Assembly: GCF_006345805.1 (NCBI RefSeq)
Contig: NC_043023.1
Span: 11,036,001 to 11,100,000 of the forward strand
Length of the DNA: 64,000 bases
Source: Octopus sinensis
Lineage: Eukaryota
Reading direction: 5' to 3'
Under the pieces are notes generated by a model that ran no database searches, had not been told where the DNA came from, and was given only the letters and a program-made list of their open reading frames with translations. This document shows, one piece after another, positions 1 through 11,155 of the stretch (positions within the stretch are counted from its first letter, which is position 1; every line of letters begins with the position of its first letter). The translations under genes were made by a program, and so were the position numbers.

Positions 1-120
1 TAAGGCACACATATATACATATCAGTTATTAGGCATCTACATGTGTTCATATACACATTTTCTTTCATCTTACACTGCCGTATTGATAATGCAGAAATTA
101 TAAGTCTTTTCGCCTACAAG

Positions 121-500
121 AATATATTTTTGTATGGAAATTGGAAAGGACTGAACAAAACTCTTGTGGTCAGTAAAAAATATATCATTCCCACACTTGT
201 GAACCGAAATCTACGAGTCACGACTAAAAGTTGAACCATTTGAGATAATACTTGACATTTCTCAGATTTTTGTCTCAGATTCCTGAAGAATTGATATGGA
301 AGACGTAATGATAATGTAGAAAATGTAACAAAAATATATGTGTGGAATTTGGAAAAAAAAAATATACATTGCATAATTTCCACACTTGTAAACCGAAACA
401 GATAATATTCTCGACAAAAAGCTAAACCGTAAGAAATAATTCTTTAAAACATTTCTCAGATTTTTGTCTCAGATTCCTGAAGAATTGATATGGAAGACGT
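121..500 (+). repeat. ~194-bp tandem duplication of the acceptor/start region of the ZNF gene
   Basis: atttctcagatttttgtctcagattcctgaagaattgatatggaagacgt occurs twice, with ATGs at 296 and 490. Confidence 0.85.
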
Positions 501-2070
501 TAAGGACTTGGACACTTCTACCACAACTGATTTTACCGATGTAGATTCAGCAACATCGATAGAGAGAGACGAGAAACCTTTATGGAGTGAACTATTTATT
601 AATCAAGCATCGATAATTGGAACTATTCCAAAATATTGCTGTGAGATTTGTGGGAAAACCTTCGATTCTGAACAGGATTTCTTCACGCATAAAGACGCAC
701 ACAATAAGGACAAACCATTCCATTGTGAAATATGTGGGAAATATTTTGCATATAACAGTTATTTCATAAGTCATCAACGAATCCATACAGGGGAAAAGCC
801 GTATCATTGCGAGATATGTGAGAAGTCTTTCACTCAGAATTCTCACCTTGTTATCCACATACGTAGCCATACGGGGGAGAAACTATTTCGCTGTGAGATA
901 TGTGATAAATCCTTTGTTTCCAACAGCAATTTAACAAAACATAGGCGAATCCACACGGGGGAAAAACCGTATCATTGTGAAATCTGCTTCAAGTCTTTCG
1001 TCTCAAATTGTAAATTAACCAGACACAAGCGGATTCATACGGGCGAAAGACCGTACCATTGTGAAACGTGCGGTGAATCTTTCATCTGTAGTAGTGTTTT
1101 AAACAGACATAAACGGATCCACACGGATGCCAAGCTTTTTCAGTGTGAAATCTGTGAGAAAACCTTCTTTGATCATGCTAATCTTGTCATTCACGAACGG
1201 ATCCATTCCGGAGAGAAGCCGTTTGCCTGTGAAATCTGCGGAAAAGCATTCATTACTAATTCTAAGGTTACGATCCACAAACGGAGTCACACTGGGGAGA
1301 AACTGTTCCCCTGTGAAATCTGTTGGAAGTCTTTTGTCTCTAATAATGTCTTGACGAAACACAAACGAATTCATACTGGAGAAAAGAACTTCCATTGTGA
1401 AGTGTGTGCGAAAGCGTTTGGTACTAACAGTGATTTAATCAGACACCGACGAATCCACACGGGGGAGAAACCATACCACTGTGACATCTGTGGGAAATCC
1501 TTTACTCAGAATTCTTGCCTTGTTATTCACACTCGTAGCCATTCGGGATTGAAACCGTATCACTGTGAAGTGTGCGGGAAATCTTTTGTTGATAATAGTA
1601 ATCTAAACAGACACAGACAAACACATGCTAAAGAGAAAGCTTTTAACTTTAAAACTGTGGTAGAGGCTAAGCCTTTTAACCATGACACTTCGGCAGAAGC
1701 TAAGGTTTTTATCTATGGAACTTCAGCAGAACCTGAGCCTTTTAACCATGAAACTTCGGTAGAAGCTAAGGCTTTTAACTGTGAAACTTCGGTAGAGGCT
1801 AAGCCTTTTAACTCTGAAACTGTGGTAGAAGCTAAGCCTTTTAACTATAAAACTTCAGTAGAAGCTAAGGCTTTTAACCGTGAAACTTTGGAAGTGGCAA
1901 AGCCTTCAAAATGTGAAACTTCGGTAGAGGCTAAGCCTTTAAACTGTGAAACTTTGGAAGAGGCTAAACCTTCAAACTGTGAAACTTTGGAAGAGGCTAA
2001 ACCTTCAAACTGTGAAACTTTAGTAGAGGCTAAGCCTTATAACTGTGAAACTTCGGTAGAGGCTGTCTGA
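490..2070 (+). CDS. C2H2 zinc-finger protein, 12 tandem fingers plus C-terminal 11-aa repeat tail
   Basis: 526-aa ORF with 12 CxxC-x12-HxxxH units joined by TGEKP-like linkers. No KRAB/BTB/SCAN motif seen. Pyrimidine-rich acceptor-like ttttgtctcag just upstream; AATAAA near 2136. Confidence 0.92.
   Translation: MEDVKDLDTSTTTDFTDVDSATSIERDEKPLWSELFINQASIIGTIPKYCCEICGKTFDSEQDFFTHKDAHNKDKPFHCEICGKYFAYNSYFISHQRIHTGEKPYHCEICEKSFTQNSHLVIHIRSHTGEKLFRCEICDKSFVSNSNLTKHRRIHTGEKPYHCEICFKSFVSNCKLTRHKRIHTGERPYHCETCGESFICSSVLNRHKRIHTDAKLFQCEICEKTFFDHANLVIHERIHSGEKPFACEICGKAFITNSKVTIHKRSHTGEKLFPCEICWKSFVSNNVLTKHKRIHTGEKNFHCEVCAKAFGTNSDLIRHRRIHTGEKPYHCDICGKSFTQNSCLVIHTRSHSGLKPYHCEVCGKSFVDNSNLNRHRQTHAKEKAFNFKTVVEAKPFNHDTSAEAKVFIYGTSAEPEPFNHETSVEAKAFNCETSVEAKPFNSETVVEAKPFNYKTSVEAKAFNRETLEVAKPSKCETSVEAKPLNCETLEEAKPSNCETLEEAKPSNCETLVEAKPYNCETSVEAV
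1645..2067 (+). repeat. 33-bp coding tandem repeat, 13 units (consensus [11 protein letters not shown])
   Basis: Unit aactgtgaaacttcggtagaggctaagcctttt repeated in frame from the last finger to the stop codon. Confidence 0.95.
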
Positions 2071-3105
2071 TATGTTTATAAACAATGACTTCCACGACAA
2101 AATAGAAGGGACCAACCGCATTCACTCAATTTACAAATAAATCAACATTGTACAAAATGAGAACTGAGATTAATTAAACTGAGTTAATTACTATTCTATG
2201 ATATATTTTATTAACACAAAACAGCACACCTTGGAATTTTTGTAGACATTTGTTGATTCTACATGTGTAGTGTAATTAAAAATTTATAAGCAAATGATAG
2301 AGTTTGTGATTATTAAAATTAATTATACTGACTTAATAATCATTTTATAGTATAAATGAAATAGAGCATCACAGTTTAGAATTTTGGCAAGCATTTGGGG
2401 ATTCCAGCATAGTTTCTATGTGGTCCCTTTCATTTTGTAAAGAAGATTGTTCATATGCCTATTCGACATCTTTATCAAACTTTTTCTTGTATATTTAAAC
2501 TCAAGTTCACCATGCATATATTGCAGAATGTACATTGTGAATTATACTGAAAAAAAAAACAAACCCCATTGTCTTTGAATTCTTGTAATCTATGAATGTT
2601 GTCTCTTTTGGGAGAAATACTTCCATTAAAGATTTGGGAAATTCTTATTTGTGAATTATGAACTATTGTTGTTTTAATGCTCACTTTTCCATGTTGGCAT
2701 GGGTTAAATGGAATTTGTTGAGACAGGTTTTCTTTGGTTGGATGCCCTCCCTGATGCCAACCATCACACGTTTTACATGCAAAGTAATATTTCTTCGTGG
2801 TTGGTCACGTTTCCATTGGAGATTGAAAACAAACAACACCACATGTAGAAAGATGACACCTGTCTGCAACAAACATGTGTCAAGATGTGGAGACACATAC
2901 ACACACTCTCTTCCACCTTCTAAATCCACTCACAAGGTTTGGGCTGACCCAAGGTGCCACACCCTAGGATTGAACCTAAAACCACATGGTTGGGTAGCAG
3001 ACTACTTAACCATGAAACCATACCTACATTTGTGCTCTCACATACACACATGTGGTGGGCTTCTTTTCAGTTTCTGAGTTCAAATTCTGCCTCCCACCAA
3101 ATTTT

Positions 3106-3526
3106 CAAAATCGAAATCGATCAACATCAATGGAAATTGCAGCTGTGATACCAGTGCCAGTGGTACGTAAGAGAACCATCCGAACGTGGCCGTAGCCAGC
3201 GTCACCCCGACTGGCCCTGTGCCGGTGGCACGTAAAAAGCACCATCCAATTGTGGCCGTTGCCAGTCTCACCTCGCCCCCGTGCCGGTGGCACATAAAAA
3301 GCACCATCTGATTGTGGCCGTTTGCCAGCCTCGTCTGGCACCTGTGCCGGTAGCACGTAAAAAGCACCCATTACACTCACGGAGTGGTTGGCGTTAGGAA
3401 GGGCATCAAGCTGTAGAAACATTGCCAAATCAGACTGGGCCTGGTGCCGCCTTCTGGCTTCCCAGATCCCAGTTGAACAGTCCAACCCATGCTAGCATGG
3501 AAAGCAGACGCTAAACGATGATGATG
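3106..3526 (+). mobile_element. 5'-truncated RTE-type LINE 3'UTR with GGCAC-rich tandem units and (GAT)n tail
   Basis: (AAATC)n start, ~63-bp units, ggttggcgttaggaagggcatc terminal domain, gatgatgatg tail; same layout as 7786-9731. Confidence 0.75.
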
Positions 3527-3862
3527 TGTCTGTACTCCCTACCCAATCCACTCACAAGGCTCGGGTGGGCCTGGCTCTACAGCCGAAGATATTCAGGGTG
3601 CCATTCAGTAGAACTGAACCCCAAATCACAGGGTAACTGAGCAATCTTCTTAACCACAGAACCCTGCCTGTCTTAAATATAAGCAAATACTGTATCTACA
3701 GGAGGGAAGTAGTGACAGGGTTTGTTGAAAACATTGCGACCAGAAATAAAAAGGAAAGATGGGCCTTAATGAATCAATGCAAGGAAACTGACAGCTGTAT
3801 GGTTAACAAGCTTGCTTCCCAACCATCAGATATCAGGTTCAGTCCGATTCTCGTGTATTTAT

Positions 3863-4390
3863 GTCCCCGTAACTTAGCAGTTTGGCAAAAGAGACCGTGG
3901 GCAAATGTCTTCTACTATAGCCTCGGGCCGACTAAAGCCTTGTGAGTGGATTTGGTAGACGGAAACTGAAAGAAGCCTGTCGTATATATGTATATATATA
4001 TATATATGTGTGTGTTTGTGTCTGTCCCCTCAACATCGCTTGAGAACCGATGCTGGTGTGTTTACATCCCCGTAACTTAGCGGTTTGGCAAAAGAGACCG
4101 TGGGCAAGTGTCTTCTACTATAGCCTCGGGCTGACCAAGGCCTTCTGAGTGGATTTGGTTGACGGAAACTGAAAGAAGCCTGTCGTATATATGTATATAT
4201 ATATATGTGTGTGTTTGTGTCTGTCCCCTCAACATCGCTTGAGAACCGATGCTGGTGTGTTTACGTCCCCGTAACTTAGCAGTTCAGCAAAAGAGACCGA
4301 TAGAACAAGTACCAGTCTTACAAAGAATAAGTCCTGGGATCGATTTGCTTGACTAAAGGCAGTGCTCCAGCATGGCCACAGTCACGTGAC
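3863..4390 (+). mobile_element. SINE family 2, with ~200-bp internal segment tandemly repeated
   Basis: ccccgtaacttag recurs at ~3864, ~4067 and ~4267; ends in the aagagt-type tail. Confidence 0.75.
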
Positions 4391-4640
4391 TGAAACAAGT
4401 AAAAGAGTAACAAAAGGACAAAATTAATGAAAATGGTTTGGACAGGTAAAAAGAGGATAAGCAGGTGTCTGGAAAAAAAATAATTAACTTGAAATTTTGA
4501 TGGTAATTAGATCACGTTAACCCTTTTGTTATATTTCTGTTGAAATGCAATGCCTTGGTTTCAATTAATTCTGAAAATAATTTAGCAAAGTAAACTGTCA
4601 TTATTAACACTTTGCTTATCTTGTGCATGTTATATAGTAG

Positions 4641-5055
4641 AGCTGGCAGAATCGTTAGCACGCCGGGCGAAATGTGTAGCTGTATTTCGTCTGCCGTTAG
4701 GTTCTGAGTTCAAATTCCGCCAAGGTCGACTTTGCCTTTCATCCTTTCGGGTTCGATAAATTAAGTACCATTTACGCACTGGGGTCGATGTAATCGACTT
4801 AATCCCTTTGTCTGTCCTTATTTGTCCTCTCTGTGTTTAGCCCCTTGCGGGTAATAAAGAAATAGGTATATCGTCTGCCGCTACGTTCTGAGTTCAAATT
4901 CCGCCGAGGTCGACTTTGCCTTTCATCCTTTCGGGGTCGATAAATTAAGTATCAGTTATACGCTGGGGTCGATATAATCGACTTAATCCCTTTGTTTGTC
5001 CTTATTTGTCCTCTCTGTGTTTAGCCCCTTGTGGATAGTAAAGAAATAGGTATAT
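4641..5055 (+). mobile_element. SINE family 1 (tRNA-like head), head-to-tail dimer
   Basis: A-box-like tggcagaatcgttag, B-box-like gagttcaaattcc; body repeated after the aaataggtat junction. Confidence 0.85.
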
Positions 5056-5355
5056 AGTACACAAAACACTTTTCCCTGGCGTCTACGTGTTCACACATAA
5101 ACGATACATCAAAGAGGCCAGGGAACAGAAGAAAGAAGAGATGCACCCAACACCAGAGCTGAAGACACCTCCGAAAGGTAGGGCCCCGCCACGTCAAAAC
5201 GGTAGAGGAGTAGGGGCCGAAACCGGACGTGGTTCCTCCTGATGTTGTCTTGAGCCAACTCGATCCTATAAAGGAGCGGTTGTGGTAGCAGACCATGAAA
5301 CACGGTTGTAATTCCTCCAATCCTAGTTACAAAAAATTATTTTTTAAATCTGTAG

Positions 5356-5845
5356 TTCAATGGCATATTTCGGTCATATTATGCGGAGAGAATCCCTGGA
5401 GAAGGACATCATGCTCGGAATAGTAAGTGGCAAGAGAGGAAGAGGCCGACCAAGAACCTGCTGGCTTTACACCATCAAGAGTGATACCTATTTCTTTACT
5501 ACCCACAAGGGGCTAAACACGGAGAGGACAAACAAGGACAGACAAACGGATTAAGTCGATTACATCGACCCCAGTGTGTAACTGGTACTTATTTAATCGA
5601 CCCCCGAAAGGATGAAAGGCAAAGTCGACCTCGGCGGAATTTGAACTCGTAACGTAACGGCAGACGAAATACGGCTATGCATTTCGCTCGGCGTGCTAAC
5701 GTTTCTGCCAGCTCGCCGCCTTAAAGAGTGATACCGCAATGGACATAGCCAATCTGAAGGAAGCGGCCAAGAATAGAACTGACTGGAGGACACCGATTCA
5801 ACAAGTGACCGAGAGTCGACTTCGACTGAGCGGATAGAGGGTTCA
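5356..5845 (+). mobile_element. RTE (BovB-like) LINE ORF2 C-terminal fragment split by a SINE
   Basis: YFGHIMRRESLEKDIMLGIVSGKRGRGRPR..DT, continuing after the SINE as AMDIANLKEAAKNRTDWR; uninterrupted paralog at 58402-58632. Confidence 0.85.
5489..5723 (-). mobile_element. SINE family 1 with 12-bp TSD
   Basis: TSD aagagtgatacc at 5477-5488 and 5724-5735. Confidence 0.9.
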
Positions 5846-5957
5846 AAATGTAAAGATCCTGAAAACATTTACTTTACCAACCGCACATCTATTTTAATCA
5901 GGGCGTAAATCTTTTCAACAAATAAAGCTATTCATTGTAATATTTTTCTGGCACTTA

Positions 5958-6358
5958 TACTCTTTACTCTTTTACTTGTTTCAGTCATTTGACTGCGGCG
6001 ATGCTGGAGCACTGCCTTTAGTCGAGCAACTCGACCCCGGAACTTATTCTTTGTAAGCCTAGGACTTATTCTATCGGTCTCTTTTGCTGAACCGCTAAGT
6101 GACAGGGACATAAACACACCAGCATCGGTTGTCAAGCAATGCTAGGGGGACAAACATATACACACACATACATATATGTATATTTATACATATATGCGAC
6201 AGGCTTCTTTCAGTTTCCGTCTACCAAATCCACTCACAAGGCATTGGTCGGCCCGAGGCTATAGTAGAAGACACTTGCCCAAGGTGCCACGCAGTGGGAC
6301 TGAACCCGGAACCATGTGGTTGGGAAGCAAGCTACTTACCACACAGCCACTCCTGCGC

Positions 6359-6390
<32 letters not shown>

Positions 6391-6495
6391 ATATATATAT
6401 ATATACAATGGGCTTCTTTCAGTTTTTGTCTACCAAATCCACTCTGGTCGTGACACCTTGGGCAAGCTACTTACCACACAGTCACTCCTGCGCTT
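5958..6495 (-). mobile_element. SINE family 2 plus an extra partial head
   Basis: (tactct)n tail on the + strand; tRNA-like head ggagtggctgtgtggtaag...gggttcagtccc on the - strand. Confidence 0.8.
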
Positions 6496-6662
6496 ATGTT
6501 TCTTATTTAATATCTCCTCCAGTCCCATTGTCACCAAATGTATTCAGTGTGTAATTGTATTCATTTATTCAAGCGTGAAATTCGTTTGCAATTTTATTGC
6601 CTGAAAAGTCCAATTCAATTCAGTAACTATGAGTAAGCAAATCATATAACCTTGAAAAACAA

Positions 6663-7084
6663 TATGACACACACACACATACTTATATTTACATGCACAT
6701 ACATGTTTGCATATACACAGATACACACACACACACATATATATATATATACAAATATATAAATATACATATATATCTATATATATATACACATATATAT
6801 ATGTATATATACACACTCAGATACACACACACATATATATATACATACATTCATATATATATATACACACACATATATGCATATATATATATATATATAT
6901 TTCTTATTATACACATATGCATGGCCACAGCTCGTGAGCTGAAACTAGATAAAATAAAATTTTAAAAAATATATATATGTGTATGTGAGTGTGTATACAT
7001 ATATATAGATATATATATAAATATATATGTATATTTATATATATACTTATATATAAGTATATATTTATATATATATACATGTAT

Positions 7085-7127
<43 letters not shown>

Positions 7128-7200
7128 GACACATATATATATGTATACATAGTTTCTGCTCGCTGGGGCATGCATATGTGTATATATATATATATATATA
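6663..7200. repeat. Complex (TA)n/(CA)n microsatellite
   Basis: Visible dinucleotide runs. Confidence 0.9.
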
Positions 7201-9731
7201 GAAGTAGTTGATAGCTTCCGCTACCTAGGAGACCAAGTCAGTAGCAGGGGTGGGTGTGCTGAAAGTGTAACTGCTAGAGTAAGAATGGCCTGGGCAAAGT
7301 TTAGAGAGCTCTTACCCCTGCTGGTGACAAAAGGCCTCTCGCTAAGAGTAAAAGGCAGACTATATGATGCGTGTGTACGTACAGCCATGCTACATGGTAG
7401 TGAAACATGGGCCGTGACAGCTGAGGATATGCGTAAGCTTGCAAGAAATGAAACCAGTATGCTCCGATGGATGTGTAATGTCAGTGTTCATAATCGTCAG
7501 AGTGTAAGTACTTTGAGAGAAAAGTTGAACCTAAGAAGTGTCAGTTGTGGTGTGCAAGAGAGACGGCTGCGCTGGTATGGTCATGTGACGAGAATGGCTG
7601 AAGATAGTTATGTGCAAAAGTGCTACACCCTAGCAGTTGAGGGAACCTGTGGAAGAGGTAGACCCAGGAAAACCTGGGACGAGGTGGTGAAGCACGACCT
7701 TCGAACTTTAGGTCTCACCAAGGAAATGACTGAAGACCGAGTCCTATGGAAGTGTGCTGTGCATGAGAGGACCCGGCAGGACTAGTCAGGCCATATCCCG
7801 TGGCCCCTACCTGGGACGTAGTTGATCCACCTGTGCATACCTTCCTTCTTGTGACACTTGTGAAGACCTGCTGAGGCAAGTGAAAATCAATCAAAATAGA
7901 TGAACATCAATGGAATTTGTATCTTTGTGGTACCAGTGCCTGTGGCACACAAGAAAACCATCCGAACGTGGCCGTAGCCAGTACCGCATCGACTCGCCTC
8001 CGTGCTATGGGAACATGGTGGCACATAAAAACACCATCCGAAGACCCGGCAAGACTAGTCAGGTCATAACCCGTGGGCCCTACCTTGGGACGTAGTCAGT
8101 CCACCTGTATATACCTTCCTTCTTGTGACACTTGTGAAGACCTGTTGAGGCAAGTGAAAATCAAAACAAATCAAAATAGATGAACATCAATGGAACTTGT
8201 ATCTTTGTGGTACCAGTGCCAGTGGCACTCAAGAATCCATCCGAACGTGGCCGTAGTCAGTACCGCTTGTGGCACCAGTGCCGGTGGCACACAAGAATCC
8301 ATCCGAACGTGGCCGTAGTCAGTACCGCATCACTGGCCATCGTGCTGTGGGCACATAACAAACACCATCCGGTCGTGGCCGTTCGCCAGCCTCATCTGGC
8401 ACCTGTGTCGGTGGCACATAAAAACACCATCCGAAGACCCGGCAAGACTAGTCAGGCCATAACCCATGGCCCCTACCTGGGACGTAGTCAGTCCACCTGT
8501 GCATACCTTCCTTCTTGTGACACTTGTGAAGACCTGTTGAGGCAAGTGAAAATCAAAATCAAAACAAATCAAAATAGATGAACATCAATGGAATCTGTAT
8601 CTTTGTGGTACCAGTGCCGGTGGCACACACTTTGTGGTACCGGTGCCGGTGGCACACAAGAGAACCATCCGAACGTGGCCGTAGCCAGTTCCGCATCGAC
8701 TGGCCTCCGTGCTGTGGGCACGTAACAAACACCATCCGATCATGGCCGTTCGCCAGCCTCATCTGGCACCTGTGTCGGTGGCACATAAAAACACCTTCCG
8801 AAGACCCGGCAAGACTAGTCAGTCCACCTGTGCATACCTTCCTTCTTGTGACACTTGTGAAGACCGGTTGAGGCAAGTGAAAATCAAATCAAATCAAATC
8901 AAATCAAAATAGACAAAATAGATGAACATCAATGGAATTTGTATCTTGTGGTACCAGTGCCGGTGGCACACAAGAAATCCATCAGTGCTGTAGTCAGTGC
9001 GGTGGGCACATGACAAACACCATCCGATCGTAGCCGTTCGCCAGCCTCATCTAGCACCTGTGTCGGTGGCACATAAAAACACCATCCGAAGACCCGGCAA
9101 GACTAGTCAGGCCATAACCCATGGCCCCTACCTGGGACGTAGTCAGTCCACCTGTGCATACCTTCCTTCTTGTGACACTTGTGAAGACCTGTTGAGGCAA
9201 GTGAAAATCAAAACAAATCAAAATAGATGAACATCAATGGAATTTGTATCTTTGTGGTACCAGTGCCGGTGGCACACACTTTGTGGTACCGGTGCCGGTG
9301 GCACACAAGAGAACCATCCGAACGTGGCCGTAGCCAGTACCGCATCGACTGGCCTCCGTGCTGTGGGCACGTAACAAGCACCATCCGATCGTCGCCGTTT
9401 GCCAGCCTCATCTGGCACCTGTGTCGGTGGCACATAAAAACACCATCCGAGCGTGGCCGTCTGCCAGCCTCGTCTGGCACCTGTGTCGGTGGCACATAAA
9501 AAACACCATCCGAGCGTGGCTGTTTGCCAGCCTCGTCTGGCACCTGTGTCGGTGGCACATAAAATCACCCACTACACTCTCGGAGTGGTTGGCGTTAGGA
9601 AGGGCATCCAGCTGTAGAAACACTGCCAGATCTGACTGGACTGGTGCAGCCTTCGGGCTCCCCAGACCCCAGTTGAACCGTCCAACCCATGCTAGCATGG
9701 AAAGCGGACGTTAAATGATGATGATGATGAT
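7201..9731 (+). mobile_element. 5'-truncated RTE-clade LINE: RT C-terminus (7201-7785) plus internally amplified 3'UTR and (GAT)n tail
   Basis: Frame open from 7201: EVVDSFRYLG..AWAKFRELLPLL..KGRLYDACVRTAMLHGSETW..RRLRWYGHV..GRGRPRKTW. The UTR module starting gacccggcaagactagtcag recurs about 5 times (~7770, 8043, 8436, 8802, 9090). Confidence 0.9.
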
Positions 9732-10130
9732 GATGATATATATATATATATGCATATATATGTGTATGTATATGTGTGTATATATTATGTATGTATATAT
9801 GTGTGTGTGTATATATATATGGGTGTGTGTGTATATATATAGATATATATGTATATTTATATATTTGTATATATATATATGTGTGTGTGTATATATATAT
9901 GGGTGTGTGTGTATATATATGGGTGTGTGTGTATATATATAGATATATATGTATATTTATATATTTGTATATATATATATATATGTGTGTGTACGTGCGT
10001 ATATGTATGCATGTGCATGTAAATATATGTATATGTGTTTGTGTCACATGTTATTTATATATATACATATATACATAGATATATATAGAGCGACATATAC
10101 ATACACACACACATATATATATATGCATAT
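9732..10130. repeat. Complex (TA)n/(TG)n microsatellite
   Basis: Visible dinucleotide runs. Confidence 0.9.
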
Positions 10131-10504
10131 CACGTGATCACGTGACCGACCAGACCATCAGATGTTTTACGCATCGCCGGTCACAATGCGTTCGCTGGCT
10201 AAGCGAGCAGGCCAACAGAAGAAAGAGAGAAAGAGTGGTGAAAGAGTACAGCAGGGATCACCACCCCCTGCACGCGCCCACGCAGACCAGTCTGCGCATG
10301 TCATCGTTCTTCTGCCTTCCACACCAATTCAGATCACACCCGTAGAAGAAATGGTTTCGTCCAACTCCTGCTCTTGCAAAAGTTCGGAAAAACTGGCCCT
10401 CATCCCGAAGTATAGAAATACAAGGTAAAACTGAAACTTGGTTTTCTTTTTCTTTTCACTTTGTTCCTGTTTTATACAACCATTTCCTTATATAATGCTT
10501 ACGA

Positions 10505-10912
10505 TAAGGTGGCGAACTTAATCCGTTTGTCTGTCCTTGTCTGTCCCCTTTGTGTTTAGCCCCTTGTGGGTAGTTAAGAAATATATATAATGTTTACGAT
10601 AAGGTGGCGAACTCGCAGAAACGTTAGCACGCCGGGCGAAATGCGTAGCCGTATTTCGTCTGCCGTTACGTTCTGAGTTCAAATTCCGCCGAGGTCGACT
10701 TTGCCTTTCATCCTTTCGGGGGTCGATAAATTAAGTACCAGTTACGCACAGGGGTCGATGTCATCGACTTAATCCGTTTGTCTGTCTTTGTTTGTCCTCT
10801 CTGTGTTTAGCCCCTTGTGGGTAGTAAAGAAATAGGTATTTCGTCTGCCGCTACGTTCTGAGTTCAACCTTGTTTGTCCCCTCTGTGGATAGTAAAGAAA
10901 TATATAATGTTT
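10505..10912 (+). mobile_element. SINE family 1 cluster (partial, full, partial)
   Basis: Same head and body as 4641; tataatg(c/t)ttacga is repeated three times as a TSD-like flank. Confidence 0.8.
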
Positions 10913-10913
10913 A

Positions 10914-11126
10914 CGAGGGGTGCAGAAAAGTTCCTGGCTTTGGGTAAAAGGAAATGCGCGAGGATCAGTTAATGATGATTCAATTCAACATGTTCCCCTC
11001 TCAGATTCACATAATAACTGCAGTGGTCCTTCAGTTTTTCTAAGTTCTATAAAAGAACACGGAACGTTAAGCCTCAAACGAGGCCTTTGACAACCCTTAA
11101 ATAAAGGAAATTTTCTGCACCCCTGT
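10914..11126. mobile_element. Tc1/mariner-like MITE
   Basis: tacgaggggtgcagaaaagttcc ... ggaaattttctgcacccctg terminal inverted repeats (TIRs). Confidence 0.65.
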
Positions 11127-11155
11127 GGATTCCGATAGAATCATGTACTTAAAAG

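Noticed and set aside
5159-5235. Possible hammerhead ribozyme (CTGAAGA ... CGAAAC)
   Set aside because: I could not form stem II with the conserved R-Y pair, nor stem III with a matching NUH site, in either paralog. A covariance-model search would settle it.
6565-7201. ORFs rich in Y/I/H/T/C/V (also 9595-10137, 48883-49238, 56665-56966)
   Set aside because: They are translations of (TA)n/(CA)n microsatellites, which lack stop codons in most frames.
7880-9560. CRISPR-like repeat array
   Set aside because: The units are contiguous degenerate tandem repeats without unique spacers, the context is eukaryotic, and no cas genes are present.
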